Assembly: GCA_049515615.1 (NCBI GenBank)
Contig: JBEKTX010000002.1
Location: 1 to 42,181 of the forward strand
DNA length: 42,181 nucleotides
Source: Spirochaetia bacterium
Lineage (GTDB): Bacteria; Spirochaetota; Spirochaetia; SZUA-6; Fen-1364
Direction: 5' to 3'
Both the position numbers and the translations under genes were made by a program. Positions within the stretch are counted from its first letter, which is position 1; every line of letters begins with the position of its first letter. This document shows positions 30,216 to 37,779 of this stretch, one piece after another. The notes under the pieces are model-generated. The model was not told the origin of the DNA. It did not search any database and was given only the letters and a program-made list of their open reading frames with translations.

Positions 30216-31244
30216 TTATTTCTTTTTGCTTTTAGCTACATCGGCTACAAGTTTCCCTTTATAACCATAATTATCCATCAGGAATACCTGGGCGTCTTCG
30301 ATAGAAGTCTGCCAGTAATCAATTTCTTTAACGAAACACTGAATAATCTGGAATTTGTTCATATCAATTTTGCCTTGAATCATTCCCATCATACAATCCA
30401 TTTCAGCACGAGCGACATCGCGTACGGCACCATTAGAAATTTTGAATGAACAGTCTGGATCATATATTTTGATCAGCGCGGAGGAGTTTCCGTCAACACC
30501 GGCTATGATTTCAGTCAGCGGCTTGCCATTGTCCATTTTTCCTCTTCCTTTCTGTTCGCAGGCCGCAAGAGCTCCAAGAGCCATTTCATCATTTCCGCCG
30601 AAGAAAATATTTATTTCCGGATGAGCCTGGAGAATATCAAGGGTTACTTTCATTGATTCTTCGGTAGAACCCTGACCGTTAAGAACAGTAACAAGTTCCG
30701 CTTTCGGATCGACAGCTTTAACGCCTTCAAAGAAAGGCACGAATCTCAAAACCTCTCCCTGTTCCCATGCGCCGAAATTAAGAATAGCGACTTTGCAGGG
30801 TTTATTCGGGAAAGCTTTTAGCCATTGCTGTGCAGCTATTTTACCTTCGGCATAGGATGCCGGCGTTTCCATCGGCTGAACATGAGGTGCATTCTTTGAG
30901 TCAGGGTAAATCAAAGTGGTTACAATAGGGATTCCTTTGGCATGCGCAAGTTCGATAGCCTTTGCAGTTAAAGCCGTTTCAGGGCTGTGAATCGAAATAG
31001 CGTCAACTTTCTGCGCAATGAGATTTTCAACGGCGGCAAGCATTTTTTCTCCTGTTCCTCCGCCGTCAAGAATGATTACCTTGACTCCGTACATTTTCGG
31101 TCCATAACTTTGAAGTTCCCTGGCAATTGACTGATGGAACTGATGTTCCATGGTATAAACGACATGCCCTACCGTGATTGGCTTGGCGTAACCTAGCGGT
31201 AACACCAGAGCAACCGCTAACACAGCTAACATTAGCTTCTTCAT
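30216..31244 (-). CDS. periplasmic sugar-binding protein of a CUT2 ABC transporter (RbsB-like), low-GC
   Basis: Signal peptide MKKLMLAVLAVALVLPLGYA. Peripla_BP-type pattern (DAISIHSPE, IPIVTTLIYPD, FFGGNDEMALGALAA). GAGGAGGAAG RBS precedes ATG 31244. The track start at 31259 is a TTG inside that RBS. Confidence 0.9.
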   Translation of the reverse strand: MKKLMLAVLAVALVLPLGYAKPITVGHVVYTMEHQFHQSIARELQSYGPKMYGVKVIILDGGGTGEKMLAAVENLIAQKVDAISIHSPETALTAKAIELAHAKGIPIVTTLIYPDSKNAPHVQPMETPASYAEGKIAAQQWLKAFPNKPCKVAILNFGAWEQGEVLRFVPFFEGVKAVDPKAELVTVLNGQGSTEESMKVTLDILQAHPEINIFFGGNDEMALGALAACEQKGRGKMDNGKPLTEIIAGVDGNSSALIKIYDPDCSFKISNGAVRDVARAEMDCMMGMIQGKIDMNKFQIIQCFVKEIDYWQTSIEDAQVFLMDNYGYKGKLVADVAKSKKK

Positions 31245-31328
31245 CTTCTTCCTCCTCAATTAAATTTGAATCGGCTCAAACCGCCGATTTTCAACAAAAT
31301 TAGTTACCATGATGGCGTAGCGCGCCAT

Positions 31329-31837
31329 GGTGCTGTCGTTGCCCGTTCCCGGTTTCTCGTGCCATTTCGTGTTCGTGATCACCCACCAGGAGGTCGTCTC
31401 CGAGCCGGTTCCCGCGGTCGTAGTGACGCAGATGATGGGGAACGCCGGCTTCGTTCCTCCAACGTGGCGTGGGGTCCTCCGGCGAGGTAGTCCAGGATGG
31501 TTCCGCCTCCCTGGGCAGCCAGGAACGCCACGGCCTTGGCGGAGTCCATGGAGCTTCCCCCGTCGAGCCCTAACGCGAAGTCGCATTTGCTCGTGAGGAA
31601 CACCCTGGTTTGGCGGTCGATGTCCACGTCCTTGGGGTTGGGGTCCACGTTATCGGAGACGACGACGTCAACGCTGCCCTTCTTGAGCAGTTCTACTGCC
31701 CTGTCCAGGATACCGGTCTGCTTGGCAGCGAGTAGCATCGCTCTTTTGCCGGTGGTCGGTGCAATCTCCTGGAGCCGCCTGAGCTCACCATTTCCGAAGA
31801 AGACTCTAGTAGGTACGCTGAAATCGAATGCCTTCAT
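31329..31837 (-). pseudogene. N-terminal part (about 170 codons) of the iron-containing alcohol dehydrogenase, copy B, with a frameshift
   Basis: MKAFDFSVPTRVFFG...GGSSMDSAKAVAFLAAQGGGTILDYLAGGPHA (frame of track ORF 31379-31864) continues as GTKPAFPIICVTTTAGTGSETTSWWVITNTKWHEKPGTGNDST in the frame of ORF 31260-31586. A 1-nt indel lies near 31452-31465. Homology to the intact copy stops at about 31310-31329. Confidence 0.8.
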
Positions 31838-32009
31838 GCCCCGCTCCTCCGGGCTATGCAACAAATATTAGTCTTGTTCTAAATAACAAACTACTATGGC
31901 GTAGTCTCTCATATTCAGGACTATATGTCAAATGAATTCTTGAGATTTTTATGTTGATCATGAGATTAGCGGTTGGTGTAAAGTGCTGTTCGCAATTTTG
32001 GGTTGAAAG

Positions 32010-32222
32010 GAGGCGCTTCACCCCGCTCTGCACCGCGGCCCGGGCCATGGCGTCCATGGTGGCCTCCACCAGGTGGTCCGCGTCCTGCTCGACCCATCCC
32101 GGCCGGGGGTAGGTGCAGGGGTACTCCTGGTAGGCGCTGGCCAGGGGGTTGCCCGCCAGGTCGAACACCATGGCCTTGGCCCCGGAGGTGCCGATGTCCA
32201 CGCCGGCCAGGTAGGTCGCCAC
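32010..32222 (-). pseudogene. N-terminal fragment (about 69 codons) of an FGGY kinase, copy A
   Basis: MATYLAGVDIGTSGAKAMVFDLAGNPLASAYQEYPCTYPRPGWVEQDADHLVEATMDAMARA parallels the N-terminus of the intact kinase at 28429-29970. The rest of the track ORF (to 31854) is AT-rich non-homologous sequence. Confidence 0.8.
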
Positions 32223-32233
32223 CGCCGCCCCTC

Positions 32234-33415
32234 CTACAGCGATGCCTTGTACAGGGCGATCACGTCGGCGCGGGACAGGCTCTTCAGGCTGCAGTTCAGG
32301 CAGCCGGCCATGGTCTTGAAAGCTGAGTCGGCCATGGCCTCGATCATGGAGGCCTTGACCCCCAGGTCGCTCATCCTCACCCGGCAGCCGAACTTCTCCA
32401 GCGTCTTCTCCAGCGCCTCCGGCGAGCGGCGGGCCAGCTCCTGGTCGGACTCACCGGCCCTGGCGTGGCCGAGGATGCGCGTGACCTCGGCGTAGCGGAC
32501 GACGTCCGCGTCCCAGGTGTGGCGCATGTAGGCCGGACCCACGGCGGCCATGGTCAGCCCGTGCGGGGCGTCCGTCTGCCCGCCGATGGAGTGCCCCAGG
32601 GCGTGGATGCCCACGGTCGAGGACTTGCCCTCGCCGATGGTGATGCCGGCGATGGTGTTGGCCCAGGCCATCTGGCTGCGGGCCTCCAGGTCCTGGCCAT
32701 TGTCGAGGGCCCGACCCAGGTGCTGGACCACCAGGCGCATGGCCTCGCGCGAGAACAGGTCGGTGAAGGGGGTGGCCACGTTGGAGAGGAAGGACTCCAT
32801 GGCGTGGAACAGCACGTCGATGCCGGTGTTGCGCGTGACCTCCCGGGGCACCGAGAGCATCAGCTCGGGGTCCACGATCGAGACCGCGGGGCGAGTGCTG
32901 TCGTTGCCGGTGCCCGGCTTCTCATGGTGTTTCGTGTTGGTGATGACCCACCAGGGCGTGGTCTCCGAGCCCGTGCCGGCCGTGGTGGTGATGCACAGGA
33001 TGGGGAAAGCCGGCTTGGTGCCGGCGAGGTCGGCGTGCGGGCCGCCAGCCAGGTAGTCGAGGATCGTGCCGCCGCCCTGGGCCGCCAGGAAGGCCACGGC
33101 CTTGGCCGAGTCCATGGAGCTGCCCCCGCCCAGGCCCACCGCGAAATCGCATTTCTCCCGGAGGAACACCTGGGTCTGCCGGTCGATGTCCACGTCGCGC
33201 GGGTTGGGCGCCACGTCGTCGGACACCACCACCTGCACTCCGCCCTCTCGCAGCAGGCCTTCCACCCGCTGCAGGGTCCCGGTCTGCCGCATCGTGTCCT
33301 TGGCAGCCAGGAGCATGGCCTTCCTGCCCAGCTCGGCGGCGGTCGCCTTGGCCTGCTTCACCTCGCCGGCGCCGAAAAACACGCGGGTGGGGACGCTGAA
33401 GTCGAATACTTTCAT
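32234..33415 (-). CDS. iron-containing (group III) alcohol dehydrogenase, intact copy A
   Basis: GGGSSMDSAKAVA, TTAGTGSETT and metal-ligand region HALGHSIGG. GAGG RBS lies 6 nt upstream of ATG 33415. Confidence 0.9.
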   Translation of the reverse strand: MKVFDFSVPTRVFFGAGEVKQAKATAAELGRKAMLLAAKDTMRQTGTLQRVEGLLREGGVQVVVSDDVAPNPRDVDIDRQTQVFLREKCDFAVGLGGGSSMDSAKAVAFLAAQGGGTILDYLAGGPHADLAGTKPAFPILCITTTAGTGSETTPWWVITNTKHHEKPGTGNDSTRPAVSIVDPELMLSVPREVTRNTGIDVLFHAMESFLSNVATPFTDLFSREAMRLVVQHLGRALDNGQDLEARSQMAWANTIAGITIGEGKSSTVGIHALGHSIGGQTDAPHGLTMAAVGPAYMRHTWDADVVRYAEVTRILGHARAGESDQELARRSPEALEKTLEKFGCRVRMSDLGVKASMIEAMADSAFKTMAGCLNCSLKSLSRADVIALYKASL

Positions 33416-33572
33416 GGTGCCTCGCTTGGTAGGAATTTAGAAATTAGGCATCTATGCCCTATCATTTTAAAAAGTAGCAGCATGCGAGGCAGATTATGGC
33501 AGAATTGAATCCAAATGTCAATAAAAATTTTAATAATTTTTACTGGTAGATTTTCATTATATCGAGAACCGC

Positions 33573-34532
33573 TTACAGCAGCGCCCGGGCCAGCCCTTCG
33601 TCGGCCACCAGGGTGCCGATCAATCCACCAAGCAGGGCCGCCCGCACCGCCTCCGCCTTCTCGGGCCCCGCGGCCACCCCAACGCGCCTGGGGATGCGCA
33701 GGAGCGCCTCCGCCCCGATCCCGACCAGCCGCGCGTTCCAGGGACACGGGAAAGGCCGGCCCTCGGCGTCGATGTGCAATCCGCACACCGTGCCCACGGC
33801 CCCCGCGGCAAGAAGGCGCCTGGATTCCGCCGCGCTCAGGAAGCCGGTCCGCACCAGGGAGCTGGAGCGCGGGCGGTTGGTGCCGATTCCGAACAGGGCC
33901 AGATCGGCCCGGGCGCCCCTCTTCAGGGTCTCCGCGATGCCGGGCTCGCGCACCAGCTGCTCGCGCAGCTCGCGGCTGGCCACCGAGATCGGCGCCTGGA
34001 TGACCCGGTACCGGCCGTGCAGCTTTTCCGCCAGGCCCTGGGCCAGGCCGAAGGCGTCGATGGCCGGGTCCTCGGCGCCCAGCCCGCCGTGCAGCTGCAC
34101 CACCTCCACGCCGCGCAGCTCCAGGGGACGCAGGTGGCGCACCACTTGGAAGAGGGTCGTGCCCCAGCTCAGGCCGATGCGCAGGCCGGCGGCGGCCATG
34201 CCCGACAGTTCCATTTCCAGCCAGGCGGCGGCCGCCTGCCCCACCCGGCGCTTGGCCGCCTCCGCGTCCGCTTCCGCCGGGGCCACCACGGCCGCCGCCA
34301 GGCGGTAGCGCTCCTTCAGCTCGGCCTGCAGGCGCAGGATCGCCGAAGGCGAGTCGACGATGCGGATCTCGACGATCCCCTGTTCGCGGCAGGCCTTGAG
34401 CGCGAGCGAGACCGAGGAGCGCGAGATGCCGAAGCGGCGGGCGATGTCCGCCTGCGACAGCCCCTGCTCGTGGTAGAGCCGGGCCACCTCGATCAGGAAG
34501 TCCCGCCGGCCGGCGTCGCGCGCGGAAGCCAT
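33573..34532 (-). CDS. SorC/DeoR(B. subtilis)-family sugar-binding transcriptional regulator
   Basis: The N-terminal HTH (LIEVARLYHEQGLSQADIARRFGISRSSVSLALKACREQGIV.I) is followed by a SorC-type sugar-phosphate binding domain (GLSWGTT, LFGIG). The start abuts the E2 stop. Confidence 0.85.
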   Translation of the reverse strand: MASARDAGRRDFLIEVARLYHEQGLSQADIARRFGISRSSVSLALKACREQGIVEIRIVDSPSAILRLQAELKERYRLAAAVVAPAEADAEAAKRRVGQAAAAWLEMELSGMAAAGLRIGLSWGTTLFQVVRHLRPLELRGVEVVQLHGGLGAEDPAIDAFGLAQGLAEKLHGRYRVIQAPISVASRELREQLVREPGIAETLKRGARADLALFGIGTNRPRSSSLVRTGFLSAAESRRLLAAGAVGTVCGLHIDAEGRPFPCPWNARLVGIGAEALLRIPRRVGVAAGPEKAEAVRAALLGGLIGTLVADEGLARALL

Positions 34533-35732
34533 CTACATCAGCAGGGCGAGCGGATTTTCCAGCAGCCGGCGAACGGACTGCAGGAACAGGGCGGCTGGGG
34601 CGCCGTCGACGAGCCGGTGGTCGTGGGTCAGGCAGAGCTCCAGCACCTGGCGGCCCACGACCTGGCGGCGCTCGTCGAAGCGCAGGACCTCCTCCACGGC
34701 CCCCACGCCCAGGATCGCGCACTCGGGCACGTTGAGCAGCGGGGTGAAGGCCGTGACGCCGTACATGCCCAGGCTGCTCACGGTGAAGGTGCCGCCGCTC
34801 ACCTGTTCGCGCGTCAGGCGCCGCTCGCGGGCCAGGGCTGCCAGCTCCCGGGTGGCCTCCGCGATCTGCCGCAGGCTGAGGGTGTCGGCCCGATGCAGCA
34901 CCGGCACCACCAGCCCGTCCTCCAGGGCCACGGCCACGCCGACGTCTACCTCCTCGTGCTGCACCACCCGCCCGTCTTCGAAGGAGGAGTTTAGCAGAGG
35001 GTGCTCGCGCAGCACGGCGGCGACCGCCTTGACCACCAGGTCGGTGACGCTGATCTTGACCTCCCCGCTTGCGTTGAGCGTTCGGCGGGTCTCGGCCAGC
35101 TCGGTCACGTCCGCCCGTGTGATGAGCGTCGGGGAAGGCACCTGCCAGCTGCGGACCATCTTGTCGGCGATCGTCCTGCGCAGGCCGGTCAGCGGCTGGC
35201 CTTCGCCCGGGGCCGCAGGACCGGCGTCCGGGCGCACCCCTGCCGTCTCCAGATCGCGCAGGCGCACGGCGCCGAAGGGACCGGTGCCGCGTACGCCGGC
35301 CAGCGTGGCCGGCGGCAAGCCCAACTCGGCGGCCCGGCGCTTGGCGGCCGGGGTGGCCGGCACCTTGCCGGGCGGCGGCGCCGCAGCGGGCGCCAGCTCC
35401 GCGCGCGCGGCCTCGCCCACCCCTGCGGCCGCGGGCGCCGGCGCGGCTGGAGCAACGGCCGCTGGCGTGGGCGCCCCTTCGCTCAAGACCTCTCCCGGCT
35501 GCCCGATCCAGGCGATGGTCTGCGTGACCGGAACCACCTCTCCTTCCTTGCGGAGAATGGCGAGCAGTCGGCCGTCAGCCTCGGATTCGACCTCCATGGA
35601 GGTCTTGTCCGTTTCGATCTCCAGCAGGATCTCGCCCTTGGCCACCGGCTCCCCTTCCTTCTTGAGCCAGCGCAGGATCGTGCCTTCCTCCATGGCCATG
35701 CCCGTTTTGGGCATGATGACCGGGTACGCCAT
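34533..35732 (-). CDS. dihydrolipoamide acyltransferase (E2) of an acetoin/2-oxoacid dehydrogenase complex
   Basis: Lipoyl domain (EIETDKTSMEVES), Ala/Pro linker, E3/E1-binding segment (ATPAAKRRAAELG) and catalytic DHRLVDG motif. Confidence 0.9.
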   Translation of the reverse strand: MAYPVIMPKTGMAMEEGTILRWLKKEGEPVAKGEILLEIETDKTSMEVESEADGRLLAILRKEGEVVPVTQTIAWIGQPGEVLSEGAPTPAAVAPAAPAPAAAGVGEAARAELAPAAAPPPGKVPATPAAKRRAAELGLPPATLAGVRGTGPFGAVRLRDLETAGVRPDAGPAAPGEGQPLTGLRRTIADKMVRSWQVPSPTLITRADVTELAETRRTLNASGEVKISVTDLVVKAVAAVLREHPLLNSSFEDGRVVQHEEVDVGVAVALEDGLVVPVLHRADTLSLRQIAEATRELAALARERRLTREQVSGGTFTVSSLGMYGVTAFTPLLNVPECAILGVGAVEEVLRFDERRQVVGRQVLELCLTHDHRLVDGAPAALFLQSVRRLLENPLALLM

Positions 35733-35744
35733 CGCCTGCCTCTC

Positions 35745-36731
35745 CTACTGCAATATCTCGCGCACCGCCGCGGCGATCCGCTCCGGGGTCGGAACCACGT
35801 GGGCCTCCAGGTGGCGGTTGTAGGGCACCGGGGTCTCCATGGCGCCCAGGCGGCGTATGGGAGCGTCAAGGTAGTAGAAGGCCTCGCTGTCCCCCACCGC
35901 CGCGGCGATCTCCCCGCCGAAGCCGCCGAACTGCGGCGCCTCGTGCACCACCAGCACCCTGCCGGTCTTGCGCGCCGAGTCCACCATGGTGGCGGTGTCC
36001 AGGGGGCGCAGGCTGCGGACGTCCACCACCTCCACCTCGATGCCTTCCCCGCACAGCGTGGCAGCCACCTCCAGGCAGCGCGGTACCATGCGGCCATAGG
36101 TGATGATCGAAAGGTCCCGCCCCTCCCGCTTCACATCGGCCGAGCCCAGCGGGATGCTGTACTCTTCTTCCGGCACCGGTCCCTTGGCCCGGTACAGCAG
36201 CTTCTGTTCGATGAACACTACCGGGTTGTCGTCGTGGATGGAGGTCTTCAGCAGGCCCTTGGCGTCGTAGGGGGTGGAGGGGATGACCACCTTCAGCCCG
36301 GGCACGTTGCACACCCAGGCCTCCACGCTCTGGGAGTGCTGGGCCGCCGCGCCGGTCCCCGAACCCCCCGGAGTGCGCAGCACCATGGGCACGCTGGCCT
36401 GTCCGCCGAACTGGTAGCGCGCCTTGGCGGCCTGGTTGGCCAGCTGGTCCATGGCGAGGGTGAGGAAGTCGCTGAACATGATCTCCACGATCGGGCGCAT
36501 TCCGGTGATGGCCGCGCCCACCGCGCATCCTGTTATGGCCGCCTCGCTGATCGGGGTGTCGCGCACCCGCTCCGGGCCGAACTCCTGCAGCATCCCGACC
36601 GAAACGCCGAAAGCTCCCCCGTAGGCGCCAACGTCCTCGCCCAGCAGGAACACCCTGGGGTCCCGGCGCATCTCCTCACTCATCGCCTCGCGGACGGCCT
36701 GGGCATAGGTGATTTCCCGGGCCGCGCTCAT
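35745..36731 (-). CDS. 2-oxoacid/acetoin dehydrogenase E1 beta subunit
   Basis: Transketolase-like pyrimidine-binding and C-terminal domains ([31 protein letters not shown]). 4-nt overlap with the E1 alpha gene. Confidence 0.93.
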   Translation of the reverse strand: MSAAREITYAQAVREAMSEEMRRDPRVFLLGEDVGAYGGAFGVSVGMLQEFGPERVRDTPISEAAITGCAVGAAITGMRPIVEIMFSDFLTLAMDQLANQAAKARYQFGGQASVPMVLRTPGGSGTGAAAQHSQSVEAWVCNVPGLKVVIPSTPYDAKGLLKTSIHDDNPVVFIEQKLLYRAKGPVPEEEYSIPLGSADVKREGRDLSIITYGRMVPRCLEVAATLCGEGIEVEVVDVRSLRPLDTATMVDSARKTGRVLVVHEAPQFGGFGGEIAAAVGDSEAFYYLDAPIRRLGAMETPVPYNRHLEAHVVPTPERIAAAVREILQ

Positions 36732-37696
36732 CCGGCCGTCTCCGCGTACACGTCCTCGACAGCCGACTCCAGCGCCGGCTCCGGGCTGGACTCCGCGAAT
36801 TCCAGGGCTTCCCGGACAACCCGCTCCGCCCCGGCCTCAATGGCCTCCAGCTCCGCGGCCTGGAACAGGCCCTCGACCAACAGCTTCTCCTTCATGCGCT
36901 TGATGGGGCAGCGCTTGCGCCACTCTTCCACTTCCTCCTTGGTCCGATACACGTTGGCGTCGCTCTTGGAGTGGCCCATGATGCGGTAGGTGTTGGTGAC
37001 CAGCAGCATCGGCCCCTGGTTGCGCACGTACTGCCTGGCCTCCCGGGCGGCCGCGTAGACCTGGAAGATGTCGTTGCCGTCGACGGACCTGCCCGGCATG
37101 CCGTAGGAGGAGGCGCGGATGGCGATGTCCGGGATGGCCATGTGCCTTGAAACGTGCATGGACATGCCGTACTGGTTGTTCACGCACACGAACAGGACCG
37201 GCAGCTTCCAGATGGCGGCCAGGTTCAGCGCTTCGTGGAAAGCCCCTTCGTTGGCCGCTCCGTCCCCGAAGAAGTCCGCCACGATGCGGTCGATGCCCTG
37301 CATCCTGGTGCTCAGGGCGGAACCCACGGCGATGGGGATTCCGCCAGCCACGATGCCATTGGCGCCGAGGTTACCTACCGCCAGCTCCGCGATATGCATG
37401 CAGCCGCTCTTGCCCCTGCACACGCCGGTGGCCTTGCCCAGGAACTCGGCCATCATGCGCTTGACGTCCATGCCCTTGCCGATGCTCTGGCCGTGCCCGC
37501 GGTGGGTGGCATAGATCAGGTCCTCGGGCTCCAGGGCGGCGCACACTCCGATGCCCGTGGCCTCCTCGCCGATGCAGAAATGGGCGGTGCCGTGCACCTT
37601 GCCCTGCGTGAACAGCTTCGCGGCGGTCTCCTCGAACTTCCGGGTGATCATCATTTTGGCATACATGTCGGCCAGTTTTTCCTTGCCGATTTCCAA
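36728..37696 (-). CDS. TPP-dependent E1 alpha subunit, AcoA-type (acetoin dehydrogenase-like)
   Basis: [13 protein letters not shown]...GEEATGIG...[36 protein letters not shown] matches the AcoA-type signature as I recall it. The likely start is TTG 37696, 6 nt after AAGGAGG. The track start at 37732 has no RBS. Confidence 0.88.
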   Translation of the reverse strand: MEIGKEKLADMYAKMMITRKFEETAAKLFTQGKVHGTAHFCIGEEATGIGVCAALEPEDLIYATHRGHGQSIGKGMDVKRMMAEFLGKATGVCRGKSGCMHIAELAVGNLGANGIVAGGIPIAVGSALSTRMQGIDRIVADFFGDGAANEGAFHEALNLAAIWKLPVLFVCVNNQYGMSMHVSRHMAIPDIAIRASSYGMPGRSVDGNDIFQVYAAAREARQYVRNQGPMLLVTNTYRIMGHSKSDANVYRTKEEVEEWRKRCPIKRMKEKLLVEGLFQAAELEAIEAGAERVVREALEFAESSPEPALESAVEDVYAETAG

Positions 37697-37707
37697 CCAG
37701 GTCCTCC

Positions 37708-37749
37708 TTGACAATTGTGAAGAAATGCACAAAAATTGGCAATTGTCAA
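37708..37749. promoter_or_regulatory. inverted-repeat operator candidate in the divergent E1alpha / lactonase promoter region
   Basis: TTGACAATTG (37708-37717) and CAATTGTCAA (37740-37749) are perfect reverse complements 22 bp apart. Each contains the CAATTG palindrome and an outward-facing TTGACA -35-like hexamer. Confidence 0.35.
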
Positions 37750-37779
37750 TACCATAGCCTAAAGCCAGCAGGAGGCATC

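Noticed and set aside
31854-32009. The C-terminal 50 residues or so of track ORF 31854-32222 as genuine coding sequence.
   Set aside because: Similarity to the FGGY kinase stops at about residue 69. The rest is translated from AT-rich intergenic-like DNA and overlaps the ADH-B RBS and start.
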